From Chloroflexota bacterium (GTDB lineage: Bacteria; Chloroflexota; Anaerolineae; UBA1429), in NCBI GenBank assembly GCA_012729455.1, contig JAAYDC010000012.1, positions 10,965 to 74,964 on the forward strand: a DNA stretch of 64,000 bases, given 5' to 3'. Every line of letters begins with the position of its first letter. The first letter of the stretch is position 1. The position numbers and the translations under genes are program-made. This document shows positions 10,104 to 20,170 of this stretch, in pieces. The notes beneath the pieces were generated by a model. That model saw only the letters and a list, made by a program, of their open reading frames with translations. It was not told where the DNA came from and searched no databases.

Positions 10104-11247
10104 GCAGGACCTCCAGGGTGCGCCGCGCTGTTTCGGGCCAACGAAATTGGTTGGTCAACTGCCAGCCACCCTCTCCGAGTTTGTCTCGTAGTGTGTGGTC
10201 ATCATAGAGACGAACGAGCGCCTTGGCAATCGCCGCCGGGCGACCCGGCGGCACCAGCAATACATTTTCGCCATCCTTGATCACATCGCTGGGCTCGGGC
10301 GAAGTAGTGCTGACCACCGGCAAGCGGTGTGACATAGCCGCCATCATGCTGGCACGCCGCAGCGAAACGCCATCACGAAATGGGAACACCCCGCAATGAG
10401 CACAGCGCATCGCCGCGGATACCTCCTCGGGCGTGAGAAAGCCCGTCCAGCACACCGCTTGTGTCAAGCCCAGGCGGTCGATCTGTTGGCGCACGGCCTG
10501 CAGGGTTTGCGCGTTGGTCGGATCGTTGGCACCGGTGCCTCCGCCAATCAGCAGCAGCCCGACGCGCAGTCCCTCGTTGCGCAAAAGTGCCAATGCGCTG
10601 ATGATATCATCTACCCCCTTGCTGGCATTGACGAGGCCAAAGTAGCCCAGAACAAAATCAAACTCGTCCAGGGCCCAGCGCCGGCGCATTTCGTCCGTCA
10701 GGGCGGGATCATCCACCACTGCGATGTTGCTGGGGATGGTGATCAGCTCCAGGCGGCTCACGCGCGAATCGGCCTGCAGCTGACGATAATCAGCCGGGTT
10801 GGTGACGATGGCGGCACGCGCGCTGCGTGCCAGGTGATGCGTAACCCAACGGCGCACGCGTCCGGCTTTGGGAAAGAGGTAGGGCTCGCGCAGGTCGTGA
10901 AAGGTCACCACAAAGGGCACCTTGCGAAAGATTCTCGGCGCCAGGTTGATGGCTGGGCGCATATCATAGGCGCCTGTTTGATATTGGATCGAGACCACCT
11001 GCGCTCGCGTCTCGGCCAGGGCGCGCTCAAGCTGCGAATACAAACCGGCCGCATCCCAGCGGGGTACGCGCGCCAGACTCACCACCTGAGTAGATGGGTT
11101 GCCCATTGCGCGCACCGAGCTCAGCACCTGCACCTGGGCTCCCTGCGCGGTCATCTCGTGTGCCAACAGGCTGGTATAGTCGGCCACACCGCCTTGCATC
11201 GGCGGGTATTCACCGGTAATCATCAGTACACGCAGCGGCTCAGACAT
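10084..11247 (-). CDS. glycosyltransferase family 4 (GT-B fold)
   Basis: It reads MSEPLRVLMITGEYPPMQGGVADYT..., with a C-terminal GT4 EX7E-like region. The start was trimmed to the ATG at 11247, because the track ORF is over-extended into the upstream gene. Confidence 0.8.
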   Translation of the reverse strand: MSEPLRVLMITGEYPPMQGGVADYTSLLAHEMTAQGAQVQVLSSVRAMGNPSTQVVSLARVPRWDAAGLYSQLERALAETRAQVVSIQYQTGAYDMRPAINLAPRIFRKVPFVVTFHDLREPYLFPKAGRVRRWVTHHLARSARAAIVTNPADYRQLQADSRVSRLELITIPSNIAVVDDPALTDEMRRRWALDEFDFVLGYFGLVNASKGVDDIISALALLRNEGLRVGLLLIGGGTGANDPTNAQTLQAVRQQIDRLGLTQAVCWTGFLTPEEVSAAMRCAHCGVFPFRDGVSLRRASMMAAMSHRLPVVSTTSPEPSDVIKDGENVLLVPPGRPAAIAKALVRLYDDHTLRDKLGEGGWQLTNQFRWPETARRTLEVLHGALES

Positions 11248-12175
11248 GGCGCAACCCCGAACGCAGCACTCCGCCATAGGCCCGCATGCGCGAGGCGCGC
11301 AGCTCGCGCTTGTGCCCGAGCATCCACTTGGCTGCTTCGAGCAGCCACTCGCTGGCAAACACTCCCAGCAGCGCCAAGCGGATGGTTTCGCCGCGCAGCC
11401 TGCCATGGTGCTTTATATGGTAGAGCACCTTGCTGGTATTAAAGCGCACCAGCCGTGCCGCCGAAGCCTGGCTGCTGCTGGCGCCCTCCAGGTGCACCAC
11501 CATCGCATCGGGCTGGTAGGCCACCTGCCAGCCAGAATCGGTAAAGCGCTTGCACCAATCTAGCTCTTCGGAATACATGAAAAAGCGCTCGTCAAAGACG
11601 CCCACCTGCTCCATAGCCGCGCGGCGCACCAGCATACAGGCGCCCGTCACCCAATCGACGAGCTGGGCGCGGTCATCGGGGATATCAGCCATGCGGTAGC
11701 GCTGGCTGGCTGGGTTGTTCGGCAGGTGCCATTCCACTGGGGTACTCTCGGCCAGCGCCATCGCGAGGGTCGGAAAGCGCCGGCGCGAGGGCTGCGGAGA
11801 ACCATCGCCATACACCAGGCGCGGACCGACCACCGCCACCTGCGGCTGGGCACGCAGGGCATCCAGCATAAGCAGTAACGCGTCCTCTTTGAGCAGCGTA
11901 TCAGGGTTCAAGAGCAGGATATAGGGCGCGCTCGTGAGTGCCAATGCCTGGTTGTTGGCCCGCGTAAAACCGAGGTTCTCGCGATTTGGCAGTACTTTCA
12001 CCTGCGGGTACTCGCGCGCCAGCATCGTGAGGGTCTCGTCGCTGGAGGCGTTATCCACCACAATCACCTGGCCGACCAACGCAGCCGTTTCGGGCATGGT
12101 CAGCGTCGCCAGGCAGCCGCGCAGCAGCTCGGCCACATTCCAGCTGACGATGACAACGTCGATCTCAGTGCCCAT
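11240..12175 (-). CDS. glycosyltransferase family 2 (polyprenyl-phosphate / nucleotide-sugar transferase-like)
   Basis: From an ATG at 12175 it reads MGTEIDVVIVSWNVAELL...VVDNASSDET..., a GT-A fold with a DxD-like motif. It overlaps the tatD stop by 11 nt and abuts the GT4 gene. Confidence 0.8.
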   Translation of the reverse strand: MGTEIDVVIVSWNVAELLRGCLATLTMPETAALVGQVIVVDNASSDETLTMLAREYPQVKVLPNRENLGFTRANNQALALTSAPYILLLNPDTLLKEDALLLMLDALRAQPQVAVVGPRLVYGDGSPQPSRRRFPTLAMALAESTPVEWHLPNNPASQRYRMADIPDDRAQLVDWVTGACMLVRRAAMEQVGVFDERFFMYSEELDWCKRFTDSGWQVAYQPDAMVVHLEGASSSQASAARLVRFNTSKVLYHIKHHGRLRGETIRLALLGVFASEWLLEAAKWMLGHKRELRASRMRAYGGVLRSGLRHV

Positions 12176-12956
12176 CGCATAACCCAAAGCAGCGCACGGC
12201 GTTGGCATAGGTGATCTCTCCGACCTCCCCAACGCTCAAGCCGTGCAGGCGCCCCAGCATGGCGGCGATTTCAACCACCCAGGCGGGTTCGTTGCGTTTA
12301 CCGCGCCACCCAAGCGGAGCCAGGTAGGGAGCATCCGTCTCGATCAGAATGTGCTCATGCGGCACGGCACCCAACATACTGCGCAGCAACTCGGCATTCT
12401 TGAACGTGACCGTGCCAGCCACCCCAATATAGAATCCATGCGTCAAAGCCCAATCCAGCAGCTTTTGACTGCCCGAAAAGCAGTGCAGCACTCCGCGGAT
12501 GTGCGGCACATCATCCAGGATGTGCATCATGTCGTCATCGGACTCGCGGTTGTGCAATACAACCGGCAGATCCAGTTCAACTGCCAGAGCCGACAAAGCG
12601 CTCAGCAGGACATGCTGGGTCTCGTGTCGGGCAAAATCATAATGGTAATCCAGACCAATCTCACCGATCGCTACCACGCGCGGCTGCTTGGCGAGCCTGG
12701 TCAATTCACTCAGGGCATACGCGAGCGACTCGCCGTCAGCAGCCACCTTTTCTGCCTCGTGCGGATGAACCCCCACCGTGGCATAAAGTGCCGGGTGCTG
12801 CGCTGCCAGCTCTGTACACTCTGCACTGGAGGCGAGGCTGGTGCCGCACGTCAGCATGGTTGTCACGCCGGCGAGTTGGGCGCGTTCGAGTACCTCTGGC
12901 AGATCGGCCTGGTAACGCCGATCGTCCAGATGACAGTGACTATCCAGAAAACGCAT
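12165..12956 (-). CDS. tatD: TatD-family metal-dependent hydrolase (DNase)
   Basis: It reads MRFLDSHCHLDD...GVHPHEA..., with the TatD His/Asp metal ligands. Its start is coupled to the upstream phosphohexomutase stop by a TGATG overlap at 12954-12958. Confidence 0.8.
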   Translation of the reverse strand: MRFLDSHCHLDDRRYQADLPEVLERAQLAGVTTMLTCGTSLASSAECTELAAQHPALYATVGVHPHEAEKVAADGESLAYALSELTRLAKQPRVVAIGEIGLDYHYDFARHETQHVLLSALSALAVELDLPVVLHNRESDDDMMHILDDVPHIRGVLHCFSGSQKLLDWALTHGFYIGVAGTVTFKNAELLRSMLGAVPHEHILIETDAPYLAPLGWRGKRNEPAWVVEIAAMLGRLHGLSVGEVGEITYANAVRCFGLCDGH

Positions 12957-14392
12957 CAGTCTTCGGTTGGCAATCCAGCCAAACGCAAGCCGGCATTCAG
13001 CAGCTTCGGTACGCGTTCTTCGCGCGTGGTCTCGCAATAGACGCGGATGACCGCCTCGGTGCCTGAGAAGCGGATCAGCACCCAGTTACCATCCTCCAGC
13101 AGGTAACGGAAGCCGCCTTCCTGCTCGATTCGCTCGACCTTTAACCCGCCCATTTCCGCAGGGCGCGCGGCGCGCACCGTCTCGATGACATTGGGCTTGT
13201 CGGCTTCGTTCAGTGGGCGGTCGACACGGTCGTAATAGTGCGGGCCGACCAGCGCAAAGAGCTCGTCGATCAGCTGCGAGGGAGTCTTGCCGCGCTTACC
13301 CATCAGGTCGAGCAGGTAGAGTCCCGCCAGGATGCCGTCGCGCTCGGGAATGTGCCCGCGGAAGGCAAAGCCGCCGCTTTCCTCGCCGCCCAACAGGGCA
13401 TTGACGCGCAGCATTTCGGGCGCCACAAACTTGAACCCCACCTGCGTCTCATAAACTTCAATGCCATAATGTTTGGCCAGCTTGTTGGCCATGGTGGTGG
13501 TTGAAATGGTCTTGACCAGCGGACCACGCTCACCGCGAACCTCGAGCAGATAATAAGCCAACAGGGCATAGACCCTTAACTGGTTCACAAAATTGCCGTG
13601 CTCATCGGCAAAGCCCACCCGGTCGGCGTCGCCGTCGGTGGCCAGGCCGGCATCGGCGTGTTGGGCGCGGATCTCGGCAAGCAGGTCTTGCAGGTTTTCG
13701 TCGATCGGCTCGGGGCGGCGCATGCGCGGGAAGAGCGGATTACGCTCGCCGTGGATCTCTATCACCTCGGTTTTGTCGCCATTTAATAGGCCGGTGAACC
13801 AGCCCTGGCCAACGCCCCACATCGGGTCCGAGATGATCTTGAGTCCGGCGGCGCGCAGTGGTGTCACATCGATCAGACGGTGTAGCTGCTCGAGGTAGGG
13901 CTCGTTGGGGTCGAACTCGTGCACCAGCCCTGCGCGCAAAGCCTCGCCGTAGGCCATACGCTTGACCTCGGCGCGCGCCTGCGCGGCGGCGATATTGGCT
14001 TCAACAGCCGCGAGGGTCTCAGGTGCAGCCGCGCACGCATAGGAGGAGCGCAGTTTATAACCGTTATCGGTGGCAGGATTGTGGCTGGCGGTAATCCAGA
14101 CTCCGCCGCCGGCATTGAGCGGGATGATGGAATACGACATCACCGGCGTGGGGGCAGCTACCTTGGCTACATAGGCACGGATACCGTTGCCGGCCAGCAC
14201 TTCGGCCACCGCACGGGCAAAGTCCTCCGAGCGGAAGCGCATATCATAGCCGATCACCATACCGCGCTCTGCCAGACCCTCGGCAATCAGCGTTTCAGCG
14301 GTACCCTGTGCGCAATAGCGCACGTTTTCAAAGGTATAGTCGTCCGCGATACTTGCGCGCCAACCATCCGTTCCGAATTTGATCGCGTACAT
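12956..14392 (-). CDS. phosphoglucomutase/phosphomannomutase family (alpha-D-phosphohexomutase)
   Basis: 478 aa, with the TASHNP active-site serine loop, a GDADR metal-binding motif, and a GGEESGG sugar-binding loop. Confidence 0.85.
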   Translation of the reverse strand: MYAIKFGTDGWRASIADDYTFENVRYCAQGTAETLIAEGLAERGMVIGYDMRFRSEDFARAVAEVLAGNGIRAYVAKVAAPTPVMSYSIIPLNAGGGVWITASHNPATDNGYKLRSSYACAAAPETLAAVEANIAAAQARAEVKRMAYGEALRAGLVHEFDPNEPYLEQLHRLIDVTPLRAAGLKIISDPMWGVGQGWFTGLLNGDKTEVIEIHGERNPLFPRMRRPEPIDENLQDLLAEIRAQHADAGLATDGDADRVGFADEHGNFVNQLRVYALLAYYLLEVRGERGPLVKTISTTTMANKLAKHYGIEVYETQVGFKFVAPEMLRVNALLGGEESGGFAFRGHIPERDGILAGLYLLDLMGKRGKTPSQLIDELFALVGPHYYDRVDRPLNEADKPNVIETVRAARPAEMGGLKVERIEQEGGFRYLLEDGNWVLIRFSGTEAVIRVYCETTREERVPKLLNAGLRLAGLPTED

Positions 14393-14453
14393 CCTGGCCC
14401 TCCAAGCTTGTCAATAGCGTAAGTATATGCAAGGCGAGACCCTCGGCAAAGGC

Positions 14454-14492
14454 AAAAACAGACCGGCCAGCTCGTGGGAGCTGGCCGGTCTG
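14454..14492 (-). terminator. rho-independent terminator after metK
   Basis: On the minus strand there is a 15-bp perfect GC-rich stem (CAGACCGGCCAGCTC / GAGCTGGCCGGTCTG) with a 4-nt loop, followed by UUUUU. It lies 12 nt past the metK stop. Confidence 0.6.
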
Positions 14493-14503
14493 CAGGACAT
14501 GCG

Positions 14504-15712
14504 TCAGATGCCGGCAGCAGCGCGCAGTTGGTCGACGCGGTCGGTGCGCTCCCACGGGGCGTCGATATCGGTGCGCCCAAAGTGGCCATAAGCCGTAGTG
14601 GGATGATAGATCGGCCGGCGCAGCTGCAGGTCTCGCAGGATCGCGCCAGGCGTGAGATTAAAGGTCTGCTCAATGAGCTCTTCGATGCGGGCGTCGGCGA
14701 TCACGCCAGTGCCAAAGGTCTCGACGTTCAGCGAGACCGGCTTGGCCACACCAATGGTATAGGCCAGCTGCAGCTGGCAGCGCTCTGCCAGGCCAGCAGC
14801 CACCACGTTCTTGGCCACCCAGCGCGCCGCATACGAGGCTGAGCGGTCGACCTTGGTGGGATCTTTGCCCGAGAAGGCGCCGCCGCCATGGGGGACCATC
14901 CCGCCATAGGTATCGACAATGATCTTGCGGCCGGTCAGGCCTGAATCTCCGGCAGGGCCGCCCAGAACAAAGCGCCCGGTGCCGTTGATGATCACTCTCG
15001 TATTGCCGTCCATCAACTCGGCGGGGATGATGGCACGGATCACGCGCTCGGTGATGTCTTCGCGCAGGCGGCTGTCGACCACATCCGGGTTGTGCTGGGC
15101 TGCCACAACCACAGTATCCACCCGTACAGGCACGCCGTGCGAGTATTCAACCGTCATCTGGGTCTTGCCATCCGGCCGGAGATACCCCAGCTCGCCGTTC
15201 TTGCGCACCGCCGCCAGCTGCTTGGCCAGCTGGTGAGCCAGCATGATCGGCAGCGGCATCAGTTCGGGCGTTTCGCGGCAGGCAAAACCAAACATCATGC
15301 CCTGGTCACCAGCGCCGATGCCATCGACGGCCTCACCCGCAGCCTCGCCTTCCCGCAGCTCGAGGGCGCGATTGACGCCCTGGGCGATATCAGGCGACTG
15401 CTCTTTGACGGAGGTAATGATCCCGCAGCTGTCGGCATCAAAGCCATAGGCCGGATCAGTATAGCCGATCTCGCAGATGGCGCGGCGCACCACGCTGGGG
15501 ATATCGACATAGGTGCTGGTGGTGATCTCGCCGGTCACCAGCATCAGGCCAGTGGTGGCGGCGCATTCGCAAGCCACACGCGCAGTTGGGTCACCCGCCA
15601 GAATGGCGTCGAGCACGGCATCCGAGGTAGCGTCGCAGAGCTTGTCGGGATGCCCTTCTGTCACCGATTCCGAAGTGAACAGGTATTTATCAGCCTCTAA
15701 AAAGTTAGTCAT
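14504..15712 (-). CDS. metK: S-adenosylmethionine synthetase
   Basis: 402 aa. The sequence [27 protein letters not shown]...[16 protein letters not shown] is canonical MetK. Confidence 0.95.
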   Translation of the reverse strand: MTNFLEADKYLFTSESVTEGHPDKLCDATSDAVLDAILAGDPTARVACECAATTGLMLVTGEITTSTYVDIPSVVRRAICEIGYTDPAYGFDADSCGIITSVKEQSPDIAQGVNRALELREGEAAGEAVDGIGAGDQGMMFGFACRETPELMPLPIMLAHQLAKQLAAVRKNGELGYLRPDGKTQMTVEYSHGVPVRVDTVVVAAQHNPDVVDSRLREDITERVIRAIIPAELMDGNTRVIINGTGRFVLGGPAGDSGLTGRKIIVDTYGGMVPHGGGAFSGKDPTKVDRSASYAARWVAKNVVAAGLAERCQLQLAYTIGVAKPVSLNVETFGTGVIADARIEELIEQTFNLTPGAILRDLQLRRPIYHPTTAYGHFGRTDIDAPWERTDRVDQLRAAAGI

Positions 15713-15738
15713 CTTTCTCCTTTCTTTTTAGCGTGTGA

Positions 15739-17031
<1,293 letters not shown>

Positions 17032-17997
17032 CTAGATAATCAAGGGCTCCGACAGGCCCTTTGTGGCCTGTTCGGCAGGATGATCAAAATAGATAGCGGC
17101 GGTCAGTTCGTCATAGCGCGCGATGATCTCGTCCATCGAGACGCTCACCAACCTCCCCAGCGAAAAGTCCTCGATCTTGAAGGATGCCACCACCGCTCCG
17201 TGGATCACGGCACGGCGCAGGTCCAGCTCAGTCAGATCGCCAGAGCGTGCCAGATACCCGACAAAACCGGCCGCAAAGCAATCGCCCGCGCCGGTGGGGT
17301 CAACCACATGCTTGATCGGGTAGGCCGGAGCCAGGAAAAAGGAGATCTTGCCGTTTGCGTTGCGCAGCGCCAGTAGCGAGCCATTGGAGCCCTTTTTGGC
17401 GACAAGTACCCTTGGGCCGAGCGCCAGGATCTGTTCGGCCGCCAGGTAGAGGTTATTCTCGCCGGTATAGAGGCGCACTTCGCCTTCGTTGAGGATCACG
17501 ATATCCACCAGGCCGATAGCACGCGTAAGGGCCTCGCGCTTGGAGGTGATCCAGTAGTTCATCGAATCCAGCACCCGCAAACGAGGCGATTTAACCTGGC
17601 CAAGTACCTGGATCTGTAGATCCGGGTCGATGTTGGCCAACATCAGGTATTCGGCGCTGCTGAACGCATCAGGTATAACGGGGTTGAAATCGGCAAAGAC
17701 GTTGAGCTGGGTATCGAGCGTTTCAGCCGAGTCGAGATCCTGCAGGTAACGGCCGCTCCAGCTAAAGGTGTTGCCATCCACCACCTGCAGCCCGCTCAGG
17801 TCGATCGAGCGGCTGGCGAACAGGTCGAGATGCTCCTGCGGGAAATCCTGCCCGACCACCCCCACCATACTGACGGGATGATACAGACTGGCAGCCACTG
17901 CGAAAAAGGTGCTCGCGCCGCCCAGACTGCCGGTTGTTTTTCCGGCCGGGGTTTCGATGTTATCCAGTGCCACCGAGCCAACCACCACGATCGTCAT
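17032..17997 (-). CDS. PfkB-family carbohydrate/nucleoside kinase, probable adenosine kinase
   Basis: 321 aa, with the DPTGAGD anion-hole motif and the N-terminal GG dipeptide of ribokinase-like kinases. Its position upstream of ahcY-metK under a SAM riboswitch suggests adenosine removal; the substrate assignment is an inference. Confidence 0.65.
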   Translation of the reverse strand: MTIVVVGSVALDNIETPAGKTTGSLGGASTFFAVAASLYHPVSMVGVVGQDFPQEHLDLFASRSIDLSGLQVVDGNTFSWSGRYLQDLDSAETLDTQLNVFADFNPVIPDAFSSAEYLMLANIDPDLQIQVLGQVKSPRLRVLDSMNYWITSKREALTRAIGLVDIVILNEGEVRLYTGENNLYLAAEQILALGPRVLVAKKGSNGSLLALRNANGKISFFLAPAYPIKHVVDPTGAGDCFAAGFVGYLARSGDLTELDLRRAVIHGAVVASFKIEDFSLGRLVSVSMDEIIARYDELTAAIYFDHPAEQATKGLSEPLII

Positions 17998-18019
17998 ACG
18001 TTCTCCTCAGATCCTCTCA

Positions 18020-18172
18020 CAAAAAAGTCTCCCTCGCGGGAGACCGGTGCCTCCCTCTCATCTGCCAGGCACTGAGCCTGTCGGATTTGGCACCAAGTCG
18101 CATCTGTTAGACACATTACCAGGTTGCCGGGGTTTCACTGGGCCGATCCCTCCACCCCTCTCGATAAGAGTT
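18020..18172 (-). promoter_or_regulatory. SAM-I (S-box) riboswitch with terminator expression platform
   Basis: Minus-strand RNA: CUCUUAUCGAGAGGGGUGGAGGGAUCGGCCCAGUGAAACCCCGGCAACC...UUGGUGCCAAAUCC...GCAGAUGAGAGG. It matches the SAM-I consensus along its length: P1 UCUUAUC/GAUGAGA, GAGGGA, GGCCC...GAAACC, GCAACC, GUGCCAAUUCC. It is followed by a hairpin GGUCUCCC-GCGA-GGGAGACU plus U6, then an RBS GAGGAG and the kinase ATG. Confidence 0.85.
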
Positions 18173-18262
18173 CGAAACAGTTATTCAGTTGTCACGTCAT
18201 GATATCACAGCCATGGGAGAGTGTCAAACAAAAGTGGCAGCTCCCCCATGGCGCGTGTGTCG

Positions 18263-20167
18263 TCAGCCTTTGTGCAGGCTGCGGGCTGGTTCGCTGGGAG
18301 CATCCACCCAGCCGTCAGTGGCCTGCTTGCCGCCTTCGATGCGGTAGCGCATAGCCGCCAGGTCGATCGTTACCGAGCCCTCGGGATAGATGAATTCCTG
18401 CATGCTGCCGGCATCGTCCAACAGCCTGTGTGCCACCAGTTCGTGGGTGCCCCAGGCTCTGTGCAGGTTGGCCATTGCGTGTGCCGGCGCAAACTGTTCC
18501 GCGCTGGTCCAATCGGCATGGGCATAGGGCATCTCGACTTGGGCGATGCCGCGGATATAGTTTTCGCGCCGCAACTCAGGGTCGTAGCCGTAATCCCACA
18601 CGGATGGCAAGAGCAGCGAATCGTGATACACCAGGTTGTGCAGCGGCACCGGCACGCCCAGCGGTTCGCCGCGCATGAACCCGACGCGCGGCACATCCGC
18701 CCAATGGCAGAACTCCAGATGCGGCATAAAGTGGTCAACCGGCTCCTCGGAGCTGATCGCAATGCCTAAACTGCGCACATAGTCGAGCATACGAGCACGC
18801 TCGCGGTAGCAATCTTCGCGCGTCATAGGGTGCAGCGGGTTAAAGCACTCGTCCATGTCGACCACGGCAAACACATCCAGATACGAGCCCGTCAGCACCA
18901 CCCCGCGCGAGAGCAACTCGGTAAACGTGCGCCGCACATACTGGTAAGCCTCTTTGGCACAGATAACGCTCTGCGGGCCGCCCGCCCAATAAGACCACTG
19001 CGGGTAGCTGCCATCGCGGTAGCGGATGACCTTGGATTCACTGAATGCCGGGCCGTCAAGGTAATAGTCACGGTATTGGTCGTGCAGGCCGAAGAGGTAA
19101 CCGGCCTTCTGAGCCGCCTGCGAGTAGCGGATCAACCCCTCCCATCCGCCCGCCTCGGGGCAGGGCGGCAGCACATCGGGATGGTGGCTGTCGTAGCCAT
19201 GAAAGCCCCAGCCATCCACATGAAAGTAGGCGCGTTCGATCCCCAACGCCGGCAGCTTGTTGAGCTGGCGCGTCAGCTTGTCATAGGTGGTCAGCGAGAC
19301 ACGCATCGGTACGCGCTGCTTGTCGCGGAAAGAGACCGTCACCGGAAAGATCATCGCCCCGACCAGGCGCTTGGACTGCGGGTTGCGCGCGAATTTGTCC
19401 GCCAGCGATATCCAACGCCCCACGCTTTGGGCATAAGCACGATAGATCTTGGCCAGCTTGGTGTGATCGGCACCGTCGCAGAATGTATAGCGGATCGCGC
19501 GCGGGTAAGCCAGGCGCCCGAGGGAAGCTACCCAGACCGACGCGGTACGGGTCGGCCCGCCGGAGGGATGGCGCAGGTCGAGCGCAAAATCAAAGGGCGT
19601 TTCGGCAATGGCGGCATAACCGCTGCGCCCTGTCACCAGCCCCCACCAGGGTTGGTAGAGGCCGCGTCCCAGCGACATGTGCATGCTGCGTTCCCCTTCG
19701 CCCACACCGATCGCGCGGCTATAAGCGTGCGGGATGAGCGTGCCGTTGGAGTTCGGCCACACAGTGTGGCGCGGCGTATCGTTGAGCGGCACAAGCGGCC
19801 CCGGGTAGCGCACCTCGGTGACTTCCGAGGTGCTTGCGCTGGGATAGGGCTCCACTTCTACTCGCAGGAAGGGCTCGTTACCCGGCAGACTGTAGCTGAC
19901 GGCGACACAAGCCCCGCCCGGCAAGCCACTCACCACCACCGTCAGGCGCTGTTCGCTGGCGGTGGTAACCATATGCGCGCTGCGTTCGCGCGCGTCGCGA
20001 AATTGCACCGCGACCGAGCTGGTAGCATGCTCGATCGTAACTTCAGCCGGATCTGAGGTGAATTGCCACTCAACACTGCTGGTGAGTTGGGTTACCCGCG
20101 CTTCGAGGGTATCCTGGTCAACGGTGACCAAAAGTTGTTCGTTTTGCAGCGTCCATGCTTTAGGCAT
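18263..20167 (-). CDS. hypothetical protein, putative glycoside-hydrolase-like (uncharacterised family)
   Basis: 634 aa. The central region (FHVDGWGFHGYDSHHPD..., many aromatic and acidic residues) resembles TIM-barrel glycosidase-like proteins, but the family is not recognised with confidence. There is a 3-nt gap to the upstream DUF4091 gene, so the two are co-transcribed. Confidence 0.4.
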   Translation of the reverse strand: MPKAWTLQNEQLLVTVDQDTLEARVTQLTSSVEWQFTSDPAEVTIEHATSSVAVQFRDARERSAHMVTTASEQRLTVVVSGLPGGACVAVSYSLPGNEPFLRVEVEPYPSASTSEVTEVRYPGPLVPLNDTPRHTVWPNSNGTLIPHAYSRAIGVGEGERSMHMSLGRGLYQPWWGLVTGRSGYAAIAETPFDFALDLRHPSGGPTRTASVWVASLGRLAYPRAIRYTFCDGADHTKLAKIYRAYAQSVGRWISLADKFARNPQSKRLVGAMIFPVTVSFRDKQRVPMRVSLTTYDKLTRQLNKLPALGIERAYFHVDGWGFHGYDSHHPDVLPPCPEAGGWEGLIRYSQAAQKAGYLFGLHDQYRDYYLDGPAFSESKVIRYRDGSYPQWSYWAGGPQSVICAKEAYQYVRRTFTELLSRGVVLTGSYLDVFAVVDMDECFNPLHPMTREDCYRERARMLDYVRSLGIAISSEEPVDHFMPHLEFCHWADVPRVGFMRGEPLGVPVPLHNLVYHDSLLLPSVWDYGYDPELRRENYIRGIAQVEMPYAHADWTSAEQFAPAHAMANLHRAWGTHELVAHRLLDDAGSMQEFIYPEGSVTIDLAAMRYRIEGGKQATDGWVDAPSEPARSLHKG

Positions 20168-20170
20168 ATC

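Noticed and set aside
10396-11442. 348-aa plus-strand ORF, and similar long antisense ORFs at 4223-4909, 8103-8705, 9435-10037, 12243-13040 and 18830-20056
   Set aside because: All lie antisense inside well-supported genes (GT4, GT-C paralogs, TatD, GH-like). They have low-complexity R/G/H/Q-rich translations and no start-context or domain support.
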